Source: Mustelus asterias
Taxonomy: Eukaryota
Assembly (NCBI RefSeq): GCF_964213995.1
Contig: NC_135801.1
Location: forward strand, 115,506,001-115,570,000
Length of the DNA: 64,000 nt
Direction: 5' to 3'
Shown here: in pieces, positions 52,877 to 64,000 of the stretch
How positions within the stretch are numbered: the stretch's first letter is position 1
How the letters are laid out: each line of letters starts with the position of its first letter
Translations under genes and position numbers: made by a program
Notes under the pieces: generated by a model
What the model saw: the letters and a program-made list of their open reading frames with translations, nothing else
Told to the model about the DNA's origin: nothing
Database searches by the model: none

Positions 52877-54026
52877 CTGTAACAAGAGGAGAATGAGAAT
52901 ACAAATTATAAGTGAGTGAACAGAACATTTTCGTGTGATGTGCACAAAAAAAGCCATGCATACAAAAATATCATAACCTAGCAAGCTAGATATCAGTTGA
53001 AGTGGGTGGGCATTGAGAAGTTGAGATGAGTATTGATGGACTCGATGATCTATTCTCAGTTTTCACTTCCTATGCAGCAGTGGGAAGTGTTGAAAAGATC
53101 AAGGACATACTCTGCAGCCTGTGATCCACTTTCAGTGGCAGATTGCCTCACAAGGAACCCATAATAAATTATAATTACTCAGCACTTGTAGAAATTGCTG
53201 TTAACTTTTATGTGGTGCTAAAGATTTGCCACCGTTGTTATATGTCCATAGTCTAGCCATTTTAATCCTATCTTTTTATATGAGTCAGCCACATAGGAAT
53301 TCTGTTGGCAGTTTTCTCATTTCACTGAAGACAATGGGATCATAAAAGGGCAACAAACAGAGGGTAGTCTGGAAAAAAAACAGTCCTTCTGTGCTCTGAT
53401 TCCATTGTTTTCAATGGGGGAATGCCAACTGGGTTATTTTAACTGCAACATACAACTTGTTAGATTGACAAACAAAAAGTTCAATTTCAAGTTTTTTAAT
53501 TAATTTGTCCTTTTTAATTATTGAGTGATTAAGCATTTGCTTAACAATGATAACTTGGATTTAAATAGCACCTTTAACATTGTATACATTGGTCAAAGAG
53601 GTAGATTTTAAGGAAGAGCAGGAGAGAGAGAGGGAGAGTCAGAAAGAGCTTGAGGATCGAGGCACCCGAAGCACAGCTGCCAATGGTGCAGCAAAGAAAA
53701 TCACTAGAGGCCACAACTGGAGGAGTGGAGAAACCGCAGAGTAATATTAGTCGGTAAAATTAATCTTAATACACATATTCGATGATGCCTATCTGTGCTG
53801 GTCTGTCAGATTTTAGGTAGTTGTGCAAAGGTGCCAGCATTGGGCCAGTTAATAGCAAACTCATCTGAGTGAAAAGGTTACGGCTTCAAGTCTTACTTCA
53901 GAGGCTTGAGTATATAATCCAGGTTGGCATTTTAAGTCAGTAAAGTACTGAAAGTCTACTATAATATAATAAATGCCATCTCTAGGTGAGATGTTAAACA
54001 AAGGTCCTGTCGACCTCTCAGATATA

Positions 54027-54345
54027 TGGTGGCACAGTGGTTACCACTGCTGCCTCACAGCACCAGGGACCCGGGTTCAATTCCAGCCTCGGGTCACTAT
54101 CTGTGTGGAGCTTGCACATTCTCCCTGTGTCTGCGTGGATTTCCTCCGGGTGCTCCGGTTTCCTTCCACAGTCCAAAGATGTGCAGGTTAGGTTGATTGG
54201 CCATGCTAAATTGACCCGAGTGTCAGGGGGATTAGCAGGATAAATATGTGGAGTTACGGGAATAGGGCCTAGATGGAATTGTGGTCAGTGCAGACTCGAT
54301 GGGCCGAATGGCCTCCTTCTGCATTATAGGTATTCAATGATTGTA
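54027..54345 (+). mobile_element. HE1 V-SINE nested in a Deu-domain SINE (~53840-54510)
   Basis: V-domain and CR1-like tail; the flanks carry gagatgttaaac...ggtcctgtc and aaaatcccatggc Deu-like pieces. Confidence 0.8.
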
Positions 54346-54632
54346 CGCCTATAAAATCCCATGGCTACCTCACTAAAAACAGATTTTCTGGTGACTATCT
54401 CATTCCTGTTTGTGGGACTTTGGCACTGTTTTTCTTCACATCATACCAGTGAATGCATTGCAAAAGTAATTAACTGGCTATGAAGCACGTGTGGTCATTT
54501 TGAGGTTATGAAAGTCAAAATGGAGATTATTTCTTTCAATTAGACTAGAGTTTGGAGTTATTGAGACTGTGCCTCTTTGGAAACCTTAAATAACAGTGCA
54601 GTAACATGTACTGCAGAGCAACACAGATTCAC

Positions 54633-54721
54633 CTTGTAGGGGACATAGTTGTTTCGCTTGCTTCTCAAGTAGTTTGATAGGTTCCCATACTTGCAAAACT
54701 CAACAATCATCATCAATGGAC
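54633..54721 (-). CDS. kdr: KDR kinase exon (20): hinge
   Basis: (G)[29 protein letters not shown]; 89 bp; ag/gt. Confidence 0.95.
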
Positions 54722-55489
54722 CTGGAGTTAGAACAACAAGGTTAACAATATTATTAGCTGCCAGAAATGTACCAATACACTGGGCAAAGTAACCATTGTT
54801 CCCATTATGTTATTTTATATTAAATTCTGTTTGGTATTTACACAGATCAATGAAATTAATGTAATAATTGCATCAAATCAAACCCATGGTATTATTATTC
54901 TGTAGTATTTCTGATTTGTTTATCAATAACCTATCATTGCAGTTAATAATCATTTTATAAAACCCAAACAACTCATTGGACACAATGGACAGGATTTTAC
55001 AGCCTTGCTGGTCCTGAAACCGTAAAATCCCGCCTGAGGTCAACGGATCTTGCCATGCTCCACCCCTCGCCCACTCCGATTCCCAAGGCAGGCAGGCCGA
55101 TAAAATTCCAGCCTACGTTAGTTTAATCGGAGAGGTCACTGGTTCACAATTCTATTGTTAATGGTTTGGGATGTACAAAAAATGGATACAGAAACTGCAA
55201 TCCCCCCCCCCCCCCCCACCTCCGCCAACCAACTAAAAACATGCTGCTGCTAGTTGGCACCGGCTATCTAACTCACATGCATAGTATTACATTTGTTAGC
55301 TGAACGTAAATAAAATACAATTTACAAATGAATCTCTGTCCAAGCTTATTGGTGCGACCTATAAGAAAAGAGGAGTCCTTCAGGTCAGTGGAAATCAATG
55401 CTACCAGAGTGCCTGGTGTGAATGACTTCAAATGCGAAAGAGGTTAAGAAGTTCAATGACTTGTGTAAAAAAAATGAAGGTAAACCAAA

Positions 55490-55862
55490 ACTTCTCCTTA
55501 AGGAGAAAGGTTAAGAGATGATAAAATAACATTATAAAATCATCAAATGATGAGGGATTTCGATGGAGAAAATATTTCACTGGCAGAAGGGTCAGTGGCA
55601 AAAGGACACAGGTTTAAAATAATTGGCAAAAAGCTGAGGGGACATTTTTTTACTCAGCAATTTTTTCTGATCTGAGGTGTGCAATCTGATGGGTGATGGA
55701 AGCATATTTAATACCATCTTTCTAAAGGGAATCGGATTTGTAATTAAAATAAATATTTGCAGTGCTATGAGGAAAGAACAGGTTGGAGGACAAAATGGTA
55801 GATCTTTAAGAGAACTGGTACAGGTTGATAAATGTCCTCCTTCTGCATTGTATGATTCTATA
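55490..55862 (+). mobile_element. Degenerate CR1 3' fragment
   Basis: ggagaaaggttaagagatg...ggacacaggtttaaaataattggc; tail cctccttctgcattgtatgattcta. Confidence 0.6.
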
Positions 55863-56214
55863 CGTAGAGGAAGGATTATGATCTCGGATTTGATTTTGAG
55901 GTAATCTGTGCGAAGCTAGTTATAACAGAGGGGGTTGATTTCCTGATTGAACATTCACAGTGAAGTGCTGACATTGGACAGGAAACATCCCTGTACAGCC
56001 TAATTTATTTCAAAGTAATGTACTTTGTAATTAATATATACACATAAAGGAGTATTTTGATTATTTTTAATAAGTCAGAAGATATAATTTGCTGGGCTCA
56101 GACAGTGAAAGCTATAATTAATATTATAGCACAGGACCGTAAATTGATAAAGTTTATCCAAACCCATTGTCAGTGGTTTTGGAAACATTGAGGAAGTCTA
56201 CCACCAATTTAAGA

Positions 56215-56750
56215 GTGTCAGCTGTGACTCAGTTGGCAGCAGTCTAACCTCTAAATCTTTGGGTTCAAGTCCTACTCCAGGGCTTGAACACAAAAATCTA
56301 GGCTAACACTCTAGTACAGCACTGAAAGAATGCTACACTGTCAGAGGGGCCATCTTTTGGATAAGACAATGGGCAGGATTCTCCAGCCAATGGGATTCTC
56401 TGGTCCCACTGCAGTGAACGGAGATTTAGCTGAGTGCCAAATTTTCTGTCCTCACTTGCAGCAGTGGCGGGGCATGAACAACTGGGGAATTCCAGCCATT
56501 AATTTAAGATCCCATATGCCCACTTGGGTGGATGTAAAAGATTCCATGGCACTATTTTGAAGAAGAACAGTTGAGTTATCTCTGGTGTCCTGGTCATTCA
56601 ATCAACATTAGATTACCTGATCAATATCACATTGCTCTTTATGGGAGTTTACTGTGCAGATATTGGCCACCGTGCTTCTTAGATTACAACAGTGATTATA
56701 CTTCAAACTACAAAGTATCTTGAAATGTCTGGTGATCGTGAAAAATGCAA
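56215..56750 (+). mobile_element. Deu-domain tRNA-SINE (SacSINE1-like) interrupted by a MITE (~56370-56497)
   Basis: tRNA-like head; ggatgtaaaagattccatggcactattttgaagaagaacag...ggtgtcctgg Deu core. Confidence 0.7.
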
Positions 56751-57174
56751 GACTATGTTAAACTATTCTCCCAGGTAGATAGATGGAGTTGGTATAAGTG
56801 TTTAAGGGACTAGTAAAGGAATAAGATGCTCACTTCAACTCACATAACTACTTTTTAAAGATTCATGCTCAGGTATTGCTTTCCTTTTTTAATGCAAGTT
56901 CCGTATGGCGATGATCAAATTAGGTGAACTCATTTCTGAGTTACTTTACTAGTTATTTTTGCAAATTGCTGGAACTGCAAAGATGAACAGTTAACTCATT
57001 CACTATCTTGTAAAATAGTTGGATTAATTGGTTAACCCTTATATCACCAAAATCTTTTGAAAGATGAATACTAGTGAAAGTAAAAATTATTTGTTTAATT
57101 TTTTTCACAGAGAAGGGCAGTAAAAAAGCTGTTGTCCTAAAAGGGGTCAAAGGAAAGAGATTGTCTGGGCTCAC

Positions 57175-57288
57175 CTCCCACTTTTGTGCAGGCTCCCAGC
57201 AGGTTCACCACATTGAGGTGATGGCCAATGTGAATCAGGATCTTCAGCTCAGACATCAATGCTCTTTGTTCACTGCTTGTTGCACCAT
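57175..57288 (-). CDS. kdr: KDR kinase exon (19): alphaC helix
   Basis: (D)[37 protein letters not shown]; 114 bp; ag/gt. Confidence 0.95.
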
Positions 57289-57915
57289 CTGAAAGTAGCA
57301 GCCAGATAAATTCATAAGTTTAGAGGATGTGCATCCATGAATAAATACAGGGTATCTAATAATATTTACACATCACACTATGAATGTATAGACATGTGGA
57401 TGGAGCATGTGCAGAAATTTAACCATGCCACCACAAAATTTCAACATTTGCTACACACTGGGCACAGGCTTCTCCCAGCTGCCCATTAAATGGGAGCAGC
57501 AGTAGGATGAAGCCCTTAAGTGAGCATTAATTGACAATTCAAGGGCCTGAATTTACCCAGAGGTGGGCAGCCCTCCCAACACCTCCCCCAGCACTTGTAA
57601 AATCACTGTGGGGGCATGTGAGGTGAGCAAGTGGGAGGGCACGCTGCCAATGCCCCGCCAGCCTATTTTACAGATCCACCCTTCAGCTTTCTCTCCTGAG
57701 GCTGGCCTGTAAAAATCCAGCCTCATTTTAGGCAGAGGATTTAATTTAATCCAAAAATAATTGATCTTCAGTCAATGGTGACTTTAACATGTTATAAATT
57801 GATGGAGATTTACAATCAATAAATTGACTACACATGGCTTGGAAAAACAGCCTTCAGCACTTCAACAACCTGATGATCACAATTTGAGACAGAAATCTTT
57901 CCAGCTTTCAATTAC

Positions 57916-58020
57916 CTTTCAACATCTTGACAGCAACAGTTTTACAAGTCGAGGATTTTTCAATATTAAATGCAGCTGCTTCCACCACCTTGCCAAAAGC
58001 TCCTCGACCCAATGGTTTGC
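57916..58020 (-). CDS. kdr: KDR kinase exon (18): Gly-rich loop and VAVK lysine
   Basis: (G)[34 protein letters not shown]; 105 bp; ag/gt. Confidence 0.95.
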
Positions 58021-58626
58021 CTGGTTTGGGAAATGAAAGCAGGATCTTTCAATCATGAAAATGATATGAAATAATAAATCTGCTTCTTTGAATGTTCTTG
58101 GAAAATCCCACACTGCAGGGAATACAACAACGGGCGTTTTCAGACAATGGTGCACAACCTTAAAGAGAGAAAGACTTTTCTGAGGAAAACCCAACAGCTC
58201 TGGTGTTGGTAATGAAGCTGCATTGTGCTGAAGAACAGGTCAATATTACTGTCCAGAGATAGGTACAAAAATACAATACACAATGCAACCACAGCAGTAT
58301 GTCGTTTAATAAAGAACAGATTTTAATAAGTTCCATTGAAGAGTGTCGTTACTCCCTCTGATGTTTGATAAATAAGAAAACATGTACAGCACAATGATAC
58401 CTGATATTATCCCAATCATGTACTTTGAAACTCTGAGTTACAGATGTTAAACTTCTTAACAATACTTGCAGACAAAATGATTGAGAGTTACTAATACAGA
58501 ACAAGGTATATCCTCATGTCAAAAATGAGTGTTGTATGGATTAGAGATTGATTCAGCGTGTGCAGGTTTGATTCTAAAGGGAGGAATACATATGACAGCA
58601 ATGTGGTTTGGGGTGCAGAATCTCAC

Positions 58627-58762
58627 CTAATTTAAGTCTATCCCTCGGAAATTCCCATTTACTGGCATCATACGACAGCTGTTTACACTGTTCATCCATA
58701 GGTATTTCATCAGGGTCCATGATGATTGACAAGTAGCCTGTCTTCAGTTCTGCATCACTGGG
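58627..58762 (-). CDS. kdr: KDR juxtamembrane exon (17)
   Basis: [45 protein letters not shown]; ag/gt boundaries; 136 bp; contains the Y801-equivalent GYLSI. Confidence 0.95.
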
Positions 58763-59215
58763 CTGGAAAAGAGTGACAAATCAAGTTACTTTAGCTGCCA
58801 GCTCTGTGTTCTCATGGTGGTCATGCTCACTTTAGCGACTGTTGAGAAAGGACACAGAGCAGTCAATGATCCAGAATTAAATGTTGCCAAACAAACAAAA
58901 GCACACATCACACCAGCTGAACTGAACACACAAACCTAGTTCGCAATTACTTCAGATTTCATTGTAATAACTAAGGAGCATGCTAGGCATGCAACACTGA
59001 GCAACAAGGCTTTCCCTCCCCCATGAATGGCAATTCTAATTAACACACATTAGTCAATCCTTCGTTAAATCATGCAGCAGCATTACGGAAAGAAAGAAAA
59101 ATATGTGAGTGTTGTTTTAAACACAAAGGAAAATCCACATAAAAGGGCTACAGTCAGTTTTCATTTGTCAGGCAACGCATGTTCCCATGGGACAATACTG
59201 GGATTGTTTTATTAC

Positions 59216-59322
59216 CCGCTTTACTGTTCGCAAGATGATTATCAGAAGCAACCAAAAGAACAAGGCGATCACTCCAGTGCCAAACAGGATGATCAACTCC
59301 AGGTTTGCCTTGTCTTCAACTC
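59216..59322 (-). CDS. kdr: VEGFR2/KDR transmembrane exon (human exon 16 equivalent)
   Basis: ttccag|GA GTT...AAG CGG|gtaat; encodes (G)[35 protein letters not shown]; 107 bp, phase 1 to 0. Upstream Ig-domain exons lie beyond the window end. Confidence 0.93.
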
Positions 59323-59462
59323 CTGGAATAGAAGAAAAAAAAATCATTTCAGTTTTGTAGAGACATATTCGATCATTGATGAGTGGAAATTTATAAAGGA
59401 ATACATAAATACACAGATAAAGTCCTACATAGGTACCAAACCAATCAGAACAAGCAGTATAT

Positions 59463-59956
59463 AACATATAGAAACACAGAAACTAGAAGCAGGAGTAGCC
59501 TTCGAGCCTGCTCCGCCATTCATTTTGATCATGGCTGATCATCAAATTCAATATCCTGATTCCCCCTTGCTCCCATATCCCTTGATCTCTTTAGCCCCAA
59601 GAGCTGTATCTAATTTCTTCTTGAAATCAGACAACATTTTGACCCAGCTACATTCTCTGATAGTGAATTCCACATATTCACCACCTTCTGGGTGAAGAAA
59701 ATTCTCCTCACCTCAGTCCTAAAAGGTTTACCCCTTATCCTCAAACTATGACCCCTCGTTCTGGACTCCCCCACCATTGGGAACATTCTTCCTGAATCTA
59801 CCCTGTCCTCTCTCACTCTTATAAACTCTAGTGAATATAATCCTAATCGACTTAATCTCTCCTCATATGACAGACCTGCCAACCCAGGAATCAGCCTGGT
59901 AAACCTTCGCTGTACTCCCTCTATAGCAAGGACATATCTTCCTCAGATAAGGAGAC
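59463..59956 (-). mobile_element. CR1 3' fragment (host of Gypsy B)
   Basis: GLSYEERLSRLGLYSLE...TRGHSLRIRGKPFRTEVRR; same subfamily as 42765-43282. Confidence 0.88.
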
Positions 59957-60029
59957 TGTGGTGAACCATTGTTGGTTCCCACCAGGTAGTGCTGAGCCAG
60001 GGTCTGGCCAGTACTATGAGTCTGTATAT

Positions 60030-60099
60030 ATGTTACTGTTGGGGTTAGGGTTGGGCTGTTCTACATGTTACTGTTGGGGTTAGGGTTGGGCTGTTCTAC
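60030..60099 (+). repeat. 35-bp tandem duplication in LTR B U3
   Basis: atgttactgttggggttagggttgggctgttctac x2. Confidence 0.9.
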
Positions 60100-60343
60100 C
60101 TGTAATATAGTTCTTATGGTACATCCCAGTCGGGCTCCGCCTCCTGGGAGAGGTATAAAGGTCACTGCTCTGTCTGGGACCCTTTAGTCTGGGATCGTGT
60201 ATTATATATGGTAGGTCTATTGTTGTAGTCAATAAAAGCCTTTATTTCCCCGAGTACCTCTAGCCTCGTGAGTTATGTCGCGCATCAATTTTATTGACTA
60301 CAATTGAACTCTCTTCGTTGAAAAAAAAAACGACACAGAGAAC

Positions 60344-63300
60344 ATGGAGCAAATGCTTAAACCCGAACGGCTTACGTTGGACCCATGTGCGGTGGGCGCC
60401 TCCAACACCTTCGACCACTGGTTGAAATGCTTTCAGGATTACCTCGAAGCCTCCGCAGCGGTCACCACCGACAGACTCCGGGTCCTCCACGCGAGGGTAA
60501 GCGACGCTGTATATTTAGCGATCCGTGGGGCCACCGACTACAAAGGGGCCCTCGAGCTTCTTAAGAAGCGCTACATTAAACCGCCGAACGAGATGCATGC
60601 TCGATATCTCTTAGCCACTCGACGGCGGCAGCCCGGCGAAACGACGGAACAGTACGCGTGCGAGCTCCTACAGCTAGCCAGGGGCTGTAACTGCAAAGCA
60701 GTGTCGGCAGACCAGAACATGAACGACCTCGCTCGAGATGCGTTTGTGGCGGGAATCGGCTCGTCTTACATCCGCCTTCGGCTGTTGGAGCAAGGTAATC
60801 TCGATCTCACTAAGTCCATAGAGCTAGCGGATGCGCTAGAAACGGCCTCCAAAAGTCTGGCGATGTATCCCGACGACCACGTGGAGACAGCGTGGCAGGG
60901 GCAGTCACAGACCCCACTTCATCCAGCGGGACCGAAAAACTGCGTGATTGCATTCCCACCCTCGGGCCTGGCGACGGCAGCAGCTCCAGGCGGGAGTGAA
61001 GCACCCTCGGCAGTGATGTCCCACTAAAGCGGTGTTGTGCTCCGCCTGCGCAAGAAGGGGCATTATTCGAAGGTATGCCGATCCAAACTTCCATCCAGGA
61101 ACAGCAGTGCGGCGTGTGACTCCCCGGAGCCGGTTTCCTCGTCGTCGGCATCGTTGAAGGGCTTCTTCCACGTGCGAGGCCAGGACGTCACCATTCCAGA
61201 CGACGGAGTTGCAAGAGACGCGCGACCACCAGGGGCCGCTGGTTTTGGCACCATCGCCCACGTGCGACCTATGGGGGCAGCCATTTTGGTCGGCACCGAC
61301 CGCGAATGACCAGCAGGGGTCGTCATCAACCATCTCAGCTGCCTGCAGTGGCGCTCATGAACCAACGGTGGCGTCGATCATCCTGGACCAGGTAAAGCCT
61401 CACAGACTCGACAAGTCCATGATGGACATACAGGTAAACAAACGCACGATTTATTGTCTGTTTGACAGCGGGAGCACGGAGAGCTTCATTCACCCAGACG
61501 CCGTGAAGCGGTGTGGCCTCCGGATTCAGCCTGTCAAGCAGACAATTTCGATGGCGTCAAGGTCCCGGACTGTCACTGTGCTAGGGAGTTGCGTGGTAAA
61601 TCTGACGGTGCAGGGCACGGTTTACGAGAGCTTCAAGCTCCTGGTGTTACTGCACCTTTGCACGCCAATACTCCTAGGACTAAATTTCATGGTCCACTTG
61701 AAGAGTGTAACCTTACAGTATGGTGGGCCACTCCCTCCGCTTTCAGTGGGAGACTCACAGCCTCTAAATTGCCCAACACGCTCCATCTGTAGCCTCTCGA
61801 TGCTTAAGATTACCACACCCTCTTTATTCCAGAATCTCGTGCCAGGCTGCAAGCCCATCGCGACTAAGAGCAGGCGTTACAGCGCTGAGGATCGGATCTT
61901 CATTCGATCTGAGGTTCAGCGGCTCCTCAAGGAAGGGATCATACAACCTAGCGCTAGTCCTTGGAGAGCGCAGGTCGTGGTGGTCAAGAGTGGGAACAAA
62001 CCCCGGATGGTCATAGACTATAGTCAGACCATTAATAGATACATGCAGCTGGATGTGTATCCCCTCCCGCGCATATCTGACATGGTCAACCAGATTGCGC
62101 AGTACCGGGTGTTCGCCACCATCGATCTAAAGTCTGCTTACCACCAGCTCCCCATTCGCCCAGAGGACCGACAATACACGGCTTTTGAGGCGGATGGTCG
62201 CTTGTACCATTTTCTAAGGGTTCCTTTTGGTGTCACGAATGGGGTCTCGGTCTTCCAGCGTGCTATGGACCGAATGGTGGACCATAACGGACTGCGGGCT
62301 ACCTTCCCGTACCTGGATAACGTCACCATCTGCGGCCATGACCAGCAGGACCACGATGCCAACCTTCTTAGATTCCTACGCACTGCATCTCGCCTGAATC
62401 TGACCTACAACAGGGAGAAGTGTGTATTTCGTACGCGCCGCCTAGCTATCCTCGGATACGTGGTGGAAAACGGGGTCATTGGCCCTGATCCAGACCATAT
62501 GCGTCCCCTCCTCGAACTTCCCCTGCCCACTAGCGTAAAAGCACTGAGAAGATGCTTAGGCTTCTTCTCTTACTACGCACAGTGGGTTCCCAATTACACG
62601 GACAAAGCCCGTCCGCTCATCAAGTCTCCCTCTTTTCCCCTAGCACCAGAGGCTCGGTTGGCCTTTGAAAAACTAAAAGCCGACATCGCGAAAGCCACGA
62701 TGCACGCTATCGATGAGTCCATCCCCTTCCAGGTGGAGAGCGATGCATCTGATTTCGCCCTGGCCGCCACACTTAACCAGGCGGGCAGGCCTGTCGCCTT
62801 TTTCTCTCGCACCCTCCAAGGCCCCAAAATTCGACATTCGGCGGTGGAAAAGGAGGCCCAGGCCATTGTGGAGGCAGTCCGGCATTGGCGCCATTACTTG
62901 GCGGGAAAACGGTTCACCCTGCTCACGGACCAGCAGTCCGTGGCGTTCATGTTCAATAACACGTTACGGGGCAAGATCAAGAACGATAAGATCTTGAGGT
63001 GGAGAATTGAACTCTCCACCTATAATTACGACATCATGTATCGTCCAGGGAAACTCAACGAGCCCTCGGATGCCCTGTCGCGTGGAACATGCGCTAGTAT
63101 GCAGGAGAATCGATTGCAGGCTCTCCACAATGACCTCTGCCATCCGGGGGTCACTCGGCTCTGCCACTTCATAAAAGCCCGGAGTCTACCCTACTCGGTG
63201 GAGGATGTCAGGTCCATAACCAGAAGCTGCCGGGTATGCGCAGAATGCAAACCGCACTTTTACCGACCTGACAGGGCACAACTCGTTAAGGCCACTCGTC

Positions 63301-63935
63301 CCTTCGAAAGACTGAGTGTGGATTTTAAGGGCCCCCTTCCCTCGACAGATCGGAACGTGTACTTCCTCAATGTGGTTGATGAGTACTCACGATTCCCTTT
63401 TGTCATTCCCTGTTCTGATATGACCGCTGCCACGGTTATCAAGGCATTTCATGATCTTTTCACCCTGTTCGGTTACCCCTGTTACATCCACAGCGATAGG
63501 GGCTCGTCGTTCATGAGCGATGACTTGAGGCAATACCTGCTCTCATATGGGATTGCCTCTACTAGAACCACGAGCTACAACCCAAGGGGTAACGGACAGG
63601 TCGAACGAGAGAATGCTACAGTCTGGAAGGCTGTCTTACTGGCGTTTAGGTCTAAAGGTCTTCCAGTCTCCTGTTGGCAAGAGGTACTCCCTGATGCGCT
63701 CCACTCCATACGCTCACTCCTGTGTACGGCAACCAACGCTACTCCCCATGAGAGACTGTTTTCATTCCCTCGGAAGTCTTCCTCTGGGACCTCATTACCG
63801 TCTTGGTTGACATACTCAGGACCTGTCCTCCTGCGGCGACATGTTAGGACCCGCAAGTCCGACCCTTTGATTGAACAGGTCCATCTCCTCCACGCCAACC
63901 CTCAGTATGCCTATGTGGCATACCCTGACGGGTGA
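60344..63935 (+). pseudogene. Gag-Pol of Gypsy B, disrupted by a deletion/frameshift near 61000-61200 and a probable premature stop at 63933
   Basis: Gag is homologous to element A but lacks the first knuckle. The pol ORF (61209-63935) has protease FDSGS, RT YLDN, RNase H ESDAS...EKEA...TDQ, integrase HHCC (HNDLCH...CRVC) and D,D,E. The frame continues past TGA (EDTVSIRDL), suggesting a CGA-to-TGA change. Confidence 0.88.
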
Positions 63936-64000
63936 GAGGACACGGTCTCGATTCGAGACCTGGTGCCAGCAGGGGGCTTGGAAACCCCTGTCATTCCCAT

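Larger units (their letters stand above)
59957..64000 (+). mobile_element. Gypsy LTR retrotransposon B in a KDR intron, antisense to the gene; 5' LTR 59957-60287; runs off the window
   Basis: LTR TGTGGTGAACC...CGCATCA, TATAAA at 60154, AATAAA at 60231; followed by gag and pol. Confidence 0.94.

Overview
Vertebrate, almost certainly shark/elasmobranch, genomic DNA (HE1-type V-SINEs, Deu-domain SINEs, CR1, Rex1/Babar and Penelope elements). The right third holds the 3' half of a VEGFR2/KDR gene on the minus strand: 15 exons from the transmembrane exon (59216-59322) to the stop codon (42429), all with GT-AG boundaries and consistent phases. The left ~40 kb is repeat-rich intergenic DNA downstream of KDR. 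The most interesting signal is in two related Gypsy LTR retrotransposons (36003-38769 minus; 59957-64000 plus). Neither has a tRNA primer-binding site. Instead each has a 15-nt segment that pairs perfectly with its own LTR poly(A)-signal region, with three compensatory changes between copies, and both encode a YLDN rather than YxDD RT motif. Also notable: a ~530-bp inverted duplication inserted into a CR1, an exact 55-bp copy of a KDR intronic sequence at a deletion junction 20 kb away, and Penelope-borne minimal hammerhead ribozymes. Repeat boundaries were read by eye and are approximate; no database searches were run.
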